Assembly: GCA_028875125.1 (NCBI GenBank)
Contig: JAPPGC010000106.1
Span: 5,217 to 69,216, forward strand
Origin: Bacteroidota bacterium
GTDB taxonomy: Bacteria; Bacteroidota; Rhodothermia; Rhodothermales; Bin80
Length of the DNA stretch: 64,000 nt
Direction of reading: 5' to 3'
Within the stretch, counting starts at the first letter, position 1. Every line of letters begins with the position of its first letter. The notes below the pieces were generated by a model. It was not told where the DNA came from. It saw only the letters and a list, made by a program, of their open reading frames with translations, and ran no database searches. The position numbers and the translations under genes are program-made. Below are positions 21,181 through 30,179 of the stretch, piece after piece.

Positions 21181-23055
21181 ATGTCGATTTCTGTCGGTTC
21201 GTCTCGTGAGCACATCCCTGTGCACATTTTTGAAGATGCCGCTTCCGTTGCATATGAAGTAGCGCGCCACATTGGTGCACTCATTAGAGATCGGACTGCT
21301 CGAGGATTGAATACAGTTCTGGGGCTTCCTACTGGTACTACGCCTCTGGATGTATATAAGGAACTAATCCGGATGCACAAAGAGGAAAGCTTGGATTTCT
21401 CCAAGGTGATAACCTTCGCATTGTCTGAGTATTATCCGATTGAGCCGGACCGCTTACAGAGTTACCATCGTTTTCTGCGGGAGAACCTTCTGGACCACAT
21501 CAACGCGCCCGAAGATCAGACTCATTCGCTACTTGGCAACCTGCCCTCAACTGAAGTAGACAACTGGTGCAGGTCGTACGAAGAGACTATTCGGGCTGCT
21601 GGAGGCTTAGACCTTGTTCTTCTTCGCATTGGTCGAAGTGGGCATATTGGCTTCAATGAGCCCGGTAGTTCCCGCAGTGATCGGACTCGCAAAGTAATCT
21701 TGGATTCGATCACCCGAAAGGACGCAGCCAGTCATTTCTTTGGCGATGAATACGTTCCCCGACAGGGCTTGACGGTCGGTGTCGGTACAATATTGGATTC
21801 CAAGGAGATCATCTTGATGGCGGCAGGCGAGGGTAAAGCACGCATCGTTCGTCGCGCAGTGGAAGAGGCAGTAAATGAAGAGGTGACAGCCTCATACTTA
21901 CAGGAGCATCCCAGAAGTGCTGTATATCTGGACCGCGCGGCTGCGGGTGCACTTACCCGGGAACGAACTCCATGGTTGGTCTATGATGTGGAGTGGGATA
22001 TGTCGATGGCCAAACGCGCGATTATCTGGTTGTCTGAGCGCGTAAATAAAGCCATACTCCAGTTGGAAGAGGCAGATTTTCAGAATAACCGGCTACACAG
22101 TTTGGTCTATGCGTATCCTGAGATTGACGAGTTATGTCTGCGGGTATTTGATGATTTGCGACGCAGGATTTGTTATCGAAACCAGCTCCCTACCGATGAG
22201 CGCATTATTCTTTTCAGTCCACATCCAGATGATGATGTGATTTCTATGGGAGGAATGCTGGACAAGTTGGTCCGAAACAGGAATGAAGTCATTGTCGCAT
22301 ACATGACGAACGGTTCGGTAGCGGTGTTTGATACGGATGTGTCACGTTATCTGGGCTTTGCAGAGATGTGTCTGGATCAACTGGGCATAAAGGGTAAGGC
22401 AGCGGAAAATTTTCGTGTGCGCAGGAATGAATTGCTGGAGTTTTTAGAGAACAAGAGTTCCGGAACGGTTGATCTTCCTGCGGTACAGCACATCAAGGCC
22501 GCCATCCGCTACGCGGAGGCGGTTGCCGGGATTGAAGTAATGGGACTGAGCCGGAAGAATGCACGGTTCATTGATCTGCCGTTCTATCAGACGGGGCGCA
22601 TCAAGAAAAAACCGGTTGGCGAGGAAGATGAACGAATTATACTGGATCTCATGGAAGAACAGTCGCCAGCCCACATATTTGTCGCTGGGGACTTGTCGGA
22701 TCCGCATGGCACCCATCGAATGTGCTACTTTGCTATACAGCGGGCACTGGAGCGCTATAATCAGGAACGGGAGGGGCCAAAGGTGTGGCTATATCGTGGC
22801 GCTTGGCAGGAGTGGGAAATACATCAGGCTGATGTATTTACACCAATCTCAAGAGCGGAAATGGCCCGCAAGATAGAGGCCATTTTCAAACACGAAAGCC
22901 AGAAGGACCGGGCAATGTTTCCCGGAGCTTACGATGATCGCGAGTTCTGGCAGCGGGCCCGAGACCGTAATACAGGGACGGCGGAGGCACTTAATCGACT
23001 CGGACTACCCGAATTCTATGCAGCTGAGGCATTCGTGACCGGCTACACGCTGTAG
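21181..23055 (+). CDS. nagB: Glucosamine-6-phosphate deaminase fused to a LmbE/PIG-L-type deacetylase-like domain
   Basis: N-terminal NagB motifs (LGLPTGTTP, GRSGHIGFNEPGS). The C-terminal half carries the LmbE motif SPHPDDDVISMGG and downstream HxxH-type residues. Start set at ATG 21181. Confidence 0.85.
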   Translation: MSISVGSSREHIPVHIFEDAASVAYEVARHIGALIRDRTARGLNTVLGLPTGTTPLDVYKELIRMHKEESLDFSKVITFALSEYYPIEPDRLQSYHRFLRENLLDHINAPEDQTHSLLGNLPSTEVDNWCRSYEETIRAAGGLDLVLLRIGRSGHIGFNEPGSSRSDRTRKVILDSITRKDAASHFFGDEYVPRQGLTVGVGTILDSKEIILMAAGEGKARIVRRAVEEAVNEEVTASYLQEHPRSAVYLDRAAAGALTRERTPWLVYDVEWDMSMAKRAIIWLSERVNKAILQLEEADFQNNRLHSLVYAYPEIDELCLRVFDDLRRRICYRNQLPTDERIILFSPHPDDDVISMGGMLDKLVRNRNEVIVAYMTNGSVAVFDTDVSRYLGFAEMCLDQLGIKGKAAENFRVRRNELLEFLENKSSGTVDLPAVQHIKAAIRYAEAVAGIEVMGLSRKNARFIDLPFYQTGRIKKKPVGEEDERIILDLMEEQSPAHIFVAGDLSDPHGTHRMCYFAIQRALERYNQEREGPKVWLYRGAWQEWEIHQADVFTPISRAEMARKIEAIFKHESQKDRAMFPGAYDDREFWQRARDRNTGTAEALNRLGLPEFYAAEAFVTGYTL

Positions 23056-23195
23056 AATCTGAGACTTCAAGCAGGCGCACGGCCTTCTTCATATTTACCC
23101 TCAACGAGGCCCAGAACATAAATCCCGGAGATAACTGGAGATTCTGTACTAATGCGCTCCTTGCACACGACTCAAAAACAGGCTCACGGACATGG

Positions 23196-23660
23196 TCACA
23201 AATGACAGTGGGTTAGGCCGCGCTTTTCCAGGTATCGCTGGTGATATTCTTCTGCGCGATAGAAGGTGCAGACCGGTGTAATTTCTGTGACAATGCGACG
23301 TTTAAGCCGTGCCTGAAATTTTGTCAGTGAGGCCTTTGCTTCTGCCTTCTGTGATTCGGAGTGATAGAAAATCACAGATCTGTACTGGTTTCCAACATCC
23401 GGGCCCTGGCGGTTGAGTGTAGTTGGGTTATGGTTGTTCCAGAAGATATCCAGAAGCTGTGCGTAGGTAATCTGGGTCGGGTCAAATGTTACACTCACGA
23501 CCTCAGCGTGTCCCGTCTGCTTTGAGCAGACCTCATGGTAGGTTGGGTTTTTTGTCTGCCCTCCTGAGTAACCCACGGCAGTTTCGGTTACCCCCGGTGT
23601 ATTCCGAAACACCTCTTCTACGCCCCAAAAACAGCCCGCGCCGAATGTTGCCTGTTCCAT
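23196..23660 (-). CDS. msrA: Peptide-methionine (S)-S-oxide reductase
   Basis: Active-site GAGCFWG motif at the N-terminus. 154 aa. Confidence 0.95.
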   Translation of the reverse strand: MEQATFGAGCFWGVEEVFRNTPGVTETAVGYSGGQTKNPTYHEVCSKQTGHAEVVSVTFDPTQITYAQLLDIFWNNHNPTTLNRQGPDVGNQYRSVIFYHSESQKAEAKASLTKFQARLKRRIVTEITPVCTFYRAEEYHQRYLEKRGLTHCHL

Positions 23661-23684
23661 TGATAATGATCCATTGATAATGAT
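23657..23684. repeat. Perfect 14-bp tandem duplication (CCATTGATAATGAT x2) spanning the msrA start codon
   Basis: Read directly from the sequence: 23657-23670 equals 23671-23684. On the minus strand each copy carries an ATG (23660 and 23674). Confidence 0.95.
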
Positions 23685-23790
23685 ACTTGAGGGCAGGTTG
23701 CTACGCTCAGGGGAAGATTTAGATTCTATGCAAAAAAAACATTAACTTGGATCGCTTACTGGTAGCCACACACAACGAATAGTTCTTAAC

Positions 23791-24552
23791 ATGTATAAGT
23801 CAATAACAACTTTGTTTCTCTTGGGGGTGATTGTACTTCCTGTCCGCGCACAGATTGGCGTTGGTGCTGCTGCGCCAGAAGGTGCCATCGTGCTTTTTGA
23901 CGGAACCCGTGAGTCTCTGGACGAAAATTGGACCTACTGGGAAGGTCCCCGTTTCGCGGCTGAATTACCCATAAAATGGGAGATTGTGGATGATCCTGTG
24001 GACGATGGAACAGTCGTAAGCAGTAAGGATCCCTCGGCAGCAGGCGGGCTTTATGGCGCGGCAGACATTGTAACCAAGAATAAATTTCGGGATTTCAGGA
24101 TGCATGTAGAATTCCTGATCACCGAGACGGGCGGGAACAGTGGCGTGTACCTCCAGAATCGCTACGAAATCCAGGTACTTGATGGTGATTCAACCAAGCA
24201 CGGTATGGCTGCGGTTATTAATGAGAAAGAATCTCAGTACTGGCCGTACAATGGTACCGGGCAGTGGAATTCCTATGATGCGGTGTTTCGTGCTGCGCGC
24301 TTTGAGGACGGTGAGCGAACCGAGCGGGCCATGGTCACGCTTTATTTTAATGGAGTAAAGGTGCACGAGAATGTGCCAATTGAAAAGGTATGGGGTGGTC
24401 CAAATTCGGGTATTGATGGAGGCAATGATGAGGGCCGTGGCATCACAGATGTGCCGGGTGGATTAAAGTTGCAGGCCGAAGGCCATGATGTACGATATCG
24501 CAATATTTGGATACAGGGAATAGACCTTATTGAGCCTGACACGGATTTCTGA
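23791..24552 (+). CDS. Secreted DUF1080 (3-keto-disaccharide-hydrolase-like, concanavalin fold) protein
   Basis: Signal peptide, then W...W spacing, FRMHVEF, SGVYLQNRYEIQVLD and a terminal VRYRNIWIQ, which are typical of DUF1080. Confidence 0.75.
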   Translation: MYKSITTLFLLGVIVLPVRAQIGVGAAAPEGAIVLFDGTRESLDENWTYWEGPRFAAELPIKWEIVDDPVDDGTVVSSKDPSAAGGLYGAADIVTKNKFRDFRMHVEFLITETGGNSGVYLQNRYEIQVLDGDSTKHGMAAVINEKESQYWPYNGTGQWNSYDAVFRAARFEDGERTERAMVTLYFNGVKVHENVPIEKVWGGPNSGIDGGNDEGRGITDVPGGLKLQAEGHDVRYRNIWIQGIDLIEPDTDF

Positions 24553-25195
24553 TTTCGGGGAGACACATAGTGGGGATTGCTGCGCTGCGTACGCTGGCGG
24601 TCGTACTTTGGTAAACTAGGGAGTCCTCCCCCAAAGCGTTCAAGACGCACGGGGCGATTGGTTGCTCTCAGGGAGATACCCGCTTAGCACGATGCAAGAC
24701 AACAAAAACCGCGCTGTCTTGTGATCTTGGAGGATCATACTAGCCCAGCAAAATTCGAAATCTTAGGCTACGACTACCTATTCTTCAACTTCCTGATCAC
24801 ACTACACCACACAAGAAATTGCATCTCTTGCAATATACAGGGGGGTAGAACCGGGTGGTTACTCCAGGTGGCACAGGATTCCAAGTGGGGGCACAGCGAG
24901 TCCCGTCGCGTAGCATGGCGTAGGTAGACTACGCTCGCCATGCGAATATTGTAAAGCAACCGGACCATCACACTGCTATAGAAAGACCCCCAAATAAGTT
25001 AGCAACTCACCAAATTATTGTTCCGTCTATTTTATTCTTTATCTGTTATAAATTTAGCAATTTTGGTTATATTACTGTTAATTCACGCTGGGTAATGTCT
25101 TCGGAATTGAGCATTGAAACATCACATTTGCTTATCGGCCGGAGTACGGAGCCAGACCCGGAGACTTCTTTCAAACCCAAACCAAATGCGGACGA

Positions 25196-27601
25196 ATGAA
25201 TAAATCCAACGAAATTGACTCAGAGATCCAGGCACTGCGCGAGCGCCTGTCCACATTGAGCGCAGCGGTTCTGCGTGTCAACTCTAGCCTCGATCTCGAT
25301 ACGGTTCTGCGCGAAATGCTGGCAGGCACGCGTGACCTGGCCGGCGCCCGCTACGGCGTGATCACGAGCATTGATGAGACAGGGCAGCCGCAGGACTACG
25401 TCACCTCCGGCTTTAGCCCGGACGAAGAGCGGCAGTTGATGGAGTGGCCCCCCGGGTTGCGTTTCTTTGAGCACCTCCGCGATCTTCCGGGACCGCTCAG
25501 GCTGACAGACCTGCCCACTTACATCCGCTCCATCGGCTACGACCCGGCCCCGATTCTTCCAAAGACCTTCCAGGCGACCCCGATGCGTCACCGTGGCATG
25601 CATGTGGGAACCTTCTTTCTCGGAAGGAAGCAGGGCGGTCGTGAGTTTACCGATGAGGACGAAGAGGTTCTGGTATTGTTCGCCTCCCAGGCAGCGGCGG
25701 CTATCGCCAATGCCCGCACGCACCGAGACGAGCAGCGGGCGCGCTCGAGTCTGGAAGCCCTAGTCGACACCTCGCCGGTAGGTGTCGTGGTCTTTGATGC
25801 GAAGACCGGTCAACCGGTTTCATTCAATCGGGAGGCGAGGCGGATCGTCGAGGGACTGCGCATGCCCGGTCATGGCGTGGAGCAGCTGCTGGACGTATTG
25901 ACGTGCCGCTTCTCCGACGGGAGTGAAGTGGCCCTTGCGGAATATCCGATCAAACGAGTGATCGACGACGCGGTGACCATGCGCGCCGAGGAGGTCGTGC
26001 TCTCGGTTCCTGATGGCCGAAGAACCACGATGCTCGTCAACTCCACCCCGATCCACGCCACCGGCAATGCAGTCGAGTCAATGATCGTCACTATGCAGGA
26101 TTTGGCGCCATTCCAGGAACTGAACCGGTTGCGGGCGGAATTTCTGGGCATGGTGAGCCACGAACTGCGTGCGCCGCTCGCTGCCATCAAAGGTTCGGCC
26201 GCGACCGTGCTAGGTAGCTCGCGGGTTCTGGACCGAACCGAGATGCAGCAGTTCTTCCGGATCATCGAAGGGCAGGCCGATCATATGGACAATCTGATCA
26301 GCGACCTGCTTGATGCGGGGCGCATTGACTCTGGCACGCTGTCGGTCGACTCCAGGCCAGTGCAGGTGTCCGAACTGGTGGAGCAGGCCCGGACCACCTT
26401 CTTAAGTGGCGGCGGCAGGCAGACCATCCGCATTGACCTGCCGCTGGACTTGCCCCGTGTGATGGCCGACGAACAACGCATTGTTCAGGTGCTGAACAAC
26501 CTCTTCTCAAATGCATCCGTGTATGCTCCCGAGTCGTCGGTCATCCATGTCGATGCGGTGCGTGATGGGGTCTATGTCGCGATTTCGGTAACGGACGAAG
26601 GCCAGGGTGTGTCGCCCGAGCAGTTGCCGTACCTGTTCCAGAAGTACACCGGGGGAGGGGGTCGACGGCAGGGCGTCGGCCTCGGTCTGGCCATCTGCAA
26701 GGGATTAGTAGAAGCCCACGGGGGCCGCATCCGAGCAGAGAACGCCGGACCCGGACAAGGAACCCGGTTCACTTTCACGATTCCAGTGGTCGAGGAGATT
26801 GAACATGGTGCGATGGACATCCCGACGCATGGAGAGCGCACGGATCGACGGAAGCCGCTAGTGCTCGCAGTGGACGATGATCCTCAGTTTCTAGGGCATG
26901 TGCGGGCGACCCTCAACGACGCCGGGTTCAGTCTGCTTACCACAGGCAACCCGAATGAGGTGTCCGACTTGGTTGATGAACACGACCCCCATCTGGTCCT
27001 GCTGGACCTTCTGCTGCCCGAGATGGACGGCATAGAGCTGATGCAACAGGTTCCGGCGCTGGCGGATCGGCCGGTCATCTTCCTGTCCGCATATGGCCGG
27101 GATGAAACGGTTGCAAGGGCCTTGGAGATGGGAGCTGTAGATTACATCGTCAAGCCGTTTTCGCCCACGGAACTGGTGGCCAGGGTCCAGACCGCGCTGC
27201 GCAAGAGCGACGTATTCCCTGAAACGTTCCAGTCGGGAGCTCTTGTGATCAACTACGAAGAACGCCGGGTTACCGTGAGCGAAGTTCCGCTGGAACTCAC
27301 CGCCATTGAGTACGACCTGCTTCGTGTCCTTTCGACCAATGCCGGTCGGGTAGTGACCTACGAAAACCTGTTGCGTACCGTGTGGCGATTGACCGGTCGC
27401 GAAGATAGGCGTCGGGTCAGGGCATTCGTGAAAAAATTGCGAGACAAACTGGGCGATGATGCGGACAACCCAACGTACATCCTAACCGAGCCGCGGGTAG
27501 GCTACCGTATGCCCAGGCCCGACGACACGCCAGATGCCGCGGGTGGGCTTGGGAATGAGGACCCATTGAACTCTCAGCGCGCAGAGGGCGAGGCGAGCTA
27601 G
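25196..27601 (+). CDS. Soluble hybrid sensor histidine kinase fused to a complete OmpR-type response regulator (GAF-PAS-HisKA-HATPase_c-REC-wHTH)
   Basis: H-box SHELRAPL, N-box NNLFSNASVY, G-boxes DEGQGV and GVGLGLAICK. REC domain with VDDDP, LLDLLLPEMDG and VKPF. C-terminal winged helix (LTAIEYDLLRVL...EPRVGYRM). No hydrophobic TM stretch. The DNA is visibly GC-rich. Confidence 0.9.
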   Translation: MNKSNEIDSEIQALRERLSTLSAAVLRVNSSLDLDTVLREMLAGTRDLAGARYGVITSIDETGQPQDYVTSGFSPDEERQLMEWPPGLRFFEHLRDLPGPLRLTDLPTYIRSIGYDPAPILPKTFQATPMRHRGMHVGTFFLGRKQGGREFTDEDEEVLVLFASQAAAAIANARTHRDEQRARSSLEALVDTSPVGVVVFDAKTGQPVSFNREARRIVEGLRMPGHGVEQLLDVLTCRFSDGSEVALAEYPIKRVIDDAVTMRAEEVVLSVPDGRRTTMLVNSTPIHATGNAVESMIVTMQDLAPFQELNRLRAEFLGMVSHELRAPLAAIKGSAATVLGSSRVLDRTEMQQFFRIIEGQADHMDNLISDLLDAGRIDSGTLSVDSRPVQVSELVEQARTTFLSGGGRQTIRIDLPLDLPRVMADEQRIVQVLNNLFSNASVYAPESSVIHVDAVRDGVYVAISVTDEGQGVSPEQLPYLFQKYTGGGGRRQGVGLGLAICKGLVEAHGGRIRAENAGPGQGTRFTFTIPVVEEIEHGAMDIPTHGERTDRRKPLVLAVDDDPQFLGHVRATLNDAGFSLLTTGNPNEVSDLVDEHDPHLVLLDLLLPEMDGIELMQQVPALADRPVIFLSAYGRDETVARALEMGAVDYIVKPFSPTELVARVQTALRKSDVFPETFQSGALVINYEERRVTVSEVPLELTAIEYDLLRVLSTNAGRVVTYENLLRTVWRLTGREDRRRVRAFVKKLRDKLGDDADNPTYILTEPRVGYRMPRPDDTPDAAGGLGNEDPLNSQRAEGEAS

Positions 27602-28142
27602 AGGTTCGGGAGTTGCGGGAGGTACCATCAGAGCTGATTCAGACCTGATGCGCCAGACGGAGTGTGCTGGCTGTCAACCCATCGGCCATGTGATACCATT
27701 CGCCCAGCCGCGTGATTTCGGAATTGACCCGGTCCAATCTTCACAATAGTCTAGATCGGTCCGGACAGTATCGGCGAGCACACGGGATCCGCGCGTTATA
27801 TGGGGCTGGCAAAACCCACAGCAGTTGCTGACGGGGGTGGTGGAAGCCACGATCTATCGGATCCGGCTTGCGATCGCGAACCAACGAGACCATGGATCCA
27901 TTCTTGTGGGGACGAAACATCATCGGAGGTCGACGAATTGGAGGTCCCGCGGCGCGTGCCAACGTACCCTTCTTCTCGGTAAATCGATGGAACGATAGGA
28001 AAATTCTCCAGTCAATGCCAGAGGCTGGAACGATGGTATAAACTATCGCCCATAGTTGGAACCCTGCCATACTATACTATGAGGGCTCTCCATGACCTGG
28101 AAGCGCCTATGAGGGGCGTTGTTTTGTAGAACGTCGCCTGCA

Positions 28143-30170
28143 TCAGGCAGGAACGCCAACCTTAGCGGGGAGTCGATCGGCGACAATTTCCGCGATATCC
28201 TTCACATCCGGGCCGTCTACTGTTTTTGCTGCAGCGTCGCGAAGCATCGTCAGGCAGAACGGGCAAGCAGTAGCTACGGTACTGACGCCCGTAGCTGCTG
28301 CCTCAGCGTAGCGTGTTTCATTGATTCTTGGTACCGGTTCATCCATCCACATTTGTGCTCCTCCCGCACCGCAGCAAAATGATTTTTTTCGGTTGCGTGG
28401 CATTTCAGTTATGACTGCCCCAGACTCTTCGAGAACCGATCGGGGAGCCTCGGTGATATCGTTCTGCCGTCCCAGATAGCAGGGATCGTGCAAAGTGACA
28501 TTTTCTTCAAGGTCATCAGTCGGCAGGCGTCCGGCGTCCGCAAGTTCTGACAGAAGCTCAGTGTGATGGATCACTGTATAGTGTCCGCCTAAAGCAGAAT
28601 ACTCGTTGCCCAGAGTATGCAGGCAATGAGGACAGGTGGTCATTATTCGGGGTGGATTCACTGAATTCAGTGTTGCGATATTGGCTGAGGCGAGTTCTGA
28701 GAACAGATATTCGTTGCCACTCCTGCGTGCTGAGTCTCCACTGCAGCGTTCCTTGCTTCCCAAGACGGAGAAGCTAACCCCAGCAGCTTCAAGCACGCGC
28801 ACCAGCGCACGGGCTGTTTTCTGGGCGCGTTGGTCATATGAAGGGGCGCATCCCAACCACCATAGAATTTCGGCATCAGGTTGTTGTTCAACAGTTGGGA
28901 CGACCAGGCCGTCAGCCCATTTCAGCCGGTCTCCAGCCCCCATGTTCCATGGATTGCCGTTACGCTCCATGCCCTGGTAAACTGTCTCCAGTTCCTCCGG
29001 GTATTGATCTTCCATCAGAACCAATCCACGTCGAATCTCCAGGATATCGAGCATCGGAGCGTTCGCTACGGGACAAATCGCTGTACAGGCACCGCAAGCG
29101 GTGCATGCCCACACAGCGGACTCGGTGATGGCATATTCGGTAAGCATCGCGTCGGGCGGTTTTCCCGAAGCCAGATCATGAAGGTTTTCGTTGATGAAGT
29201 AGCGTTTGTTGATCTCGAGAGCCGCAGGTGACAATTCCTTGCCTGTTTCGCATGCCGGGCAGACATCCTGGCATCGATTACACATAATGCAGGCGAATGC
29301 GTCAGCAATACCCGACTGCGGAAGTTGTTCAAGTTTTAATGCTCCAAAGACTTCAATATTTTCATTCGAAAAATCAATCGGGTCAAGTGCACCGGGCGAT
29401 TTCCGGTCTATCTGTGTGGCGAAGTTGAAGCCGGACATAATAAAATGCACGTGCTTCGTGTATGGGAAATAGGGAGCAAAGGCCAAGATCAATCCTAGCG
29501 CCCCCCACCAGCATACGTGATGCCAGATCGTCAGCGTATCTGTCCCCAATCCTGCCCAGATTGGAGCAATTGCAGAGGCAATTGGTTGCCAGGGATCAGG
29601 GGAATGCAGTTGAATGGCCACGGATTCACCCAGCACGCGGAACCCCACATGGCACAAAATAAAAATGCCGACGATCAGAGAATCACGTGATACCGTTTGG
29701 TTGAGGAAGGAGAGCCGGGAATTCTTGATTCGGAGGACATTCGCCCGCTGTGAGAAAACCTTGCGTCCAGGAAACACAAAGCGTCGCAGCAGGAGCCATG
29801 CCATGGCCAGCAGCACTGCGCCGCTGGCAAGATCAACCGCAAGGCGGTAGCTTTGACTGATCCAGTCTGGAAATAGGACAGGTTCGTCAACATAACCACG
29901 GATCACATCTACGACATTGACCAATAGGTATAGTACGAATCCCCATGCGAGTGCTGCGTGTACGGCACCGGTAATGCGCCGTGTTCCCCAGATTGGACGC
30001 ATTACAATCCATGTACCGAGCGCACGAATCGTACGTTGCCAGTCCGTTGAGAGAGAGGGCGCCTGGCCGTAACGTATAGTTCGAAACATCGCGGAAAAGC
30101 CCAAGCTCGTGCCGTATGCAGTGAAGATCACCGCAAGGGCAAAGAGTGCTTTTTCCGTCAGGGTCAGCAT
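28143..30170 (-). CDS. Membrane-bound Fe-S oxidoreductase: NarI/DsrM-like polytopic domain fused to 2x[4Fe-4S] ferredoxin and two CCG (HdrD/DsrK/GlpC-like) domains
   Basis: About 5-6 N-terminal hydrophobic helices with conserved His. Ferredoxin motifs CIMCNRCQDVCPA and CTACGACTAICPV. Cysteine-rich CCG-type motifs (ERCSGD...CPHC; SFCCGAGG...CPFC). Confidence 0.8.
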   Translation of the reverse strand: MLTLTEKALFALAVIFTAYGTSLGFSAMFRTIRYGQAPSLSTDWQRTIRALGTWIVMRPIWGTRRITGAVHAALAWGFVLYLLVNVVDVIRGYVDEPVLFPDWISQSYRLAVDLASGAVLLAMAWLLLRRFVFPGRKVFSQRANVLRIKNSRLSFLNQTVSRDSLIVGIFILCHVGFRVLGESVAIQLHSPDPWQPIASAIAPIWAGLGTDTLTIWHHVCWWGALGLILAFAPYFPYTKHVHFIMSGFNFATQIDRKSPGALDPIDFSNENIEVFGALKLEQLPQSGIADAFACIMCNRCQDVCPACETGKELSPAALEINKRYFINENLHDLASGKPPDAMLTEYAITESAVWACTACGACTAICPVANAPMLDILEIRRGLVLMEDQYPEELETVYQGMERNGNPWNMGAGDRLKWADGLVVPTVEQQPDAEILWWLGCAPSYDQRAQKTARALVRVLEAAGVSFSVLGSKERCSGDSARRSGNEYLFSELASANIATLNSVNPPRIMTTCPHCLHTLGNEYSALGGHYTVIHHTELLSELADAGRLPTDDLEENVTLHDPCYLGRQNDITEAPRSVLEESGAVITEMPRNRKKSFCCGAGGAQMWMDEPVPRINETRYAEAAATGVSTVATACPFCLTMLRDAAAKTVDGPDVKDIAEIVADRLPAKVGVPA

Positions 30171-30179
30171 GGACCCAGG

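Noticed and set aside
24721-24971. Possible ncRNA or small ORFs in the gap after the DUF1080 gene, including the imperfect hairpin GCATGGCGTAG...CTACGC(tcg)CCATGC (24913-24944).
   Set aside because: I compared the region by eye with tRNA T-arm, tmRNA 5' end, RNase P and SRP conserved cores and found no match. The 65-68-aa ORFs start at non-ATG codons and lack motifs. One hairpin alone is insufficient evidence for an RNA gene.
25220-27078. Many long antisense or alternative-frame ORFs inside the kinase-regulator gene (for example 25220-25723, 25870-26265, 26572-26841).
   Set aside because: They are Arg/Pro/Ser/Ala-rich with no motifs and lie entirely within a gene whose frame carries a full set of kinase/receiver motifs. 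Such ORFs are the expected artefact of GC-rich DNA with few stop codons.
27741-28070. 109-aa ORF in the gap downstream of the kinase-regulator gene.
   Set aside because: It has an unusual W/R/P-rich composition, no motif and no plausible upstream context. I treat it as non-coding or decayed sequence (see the finding on the gap).
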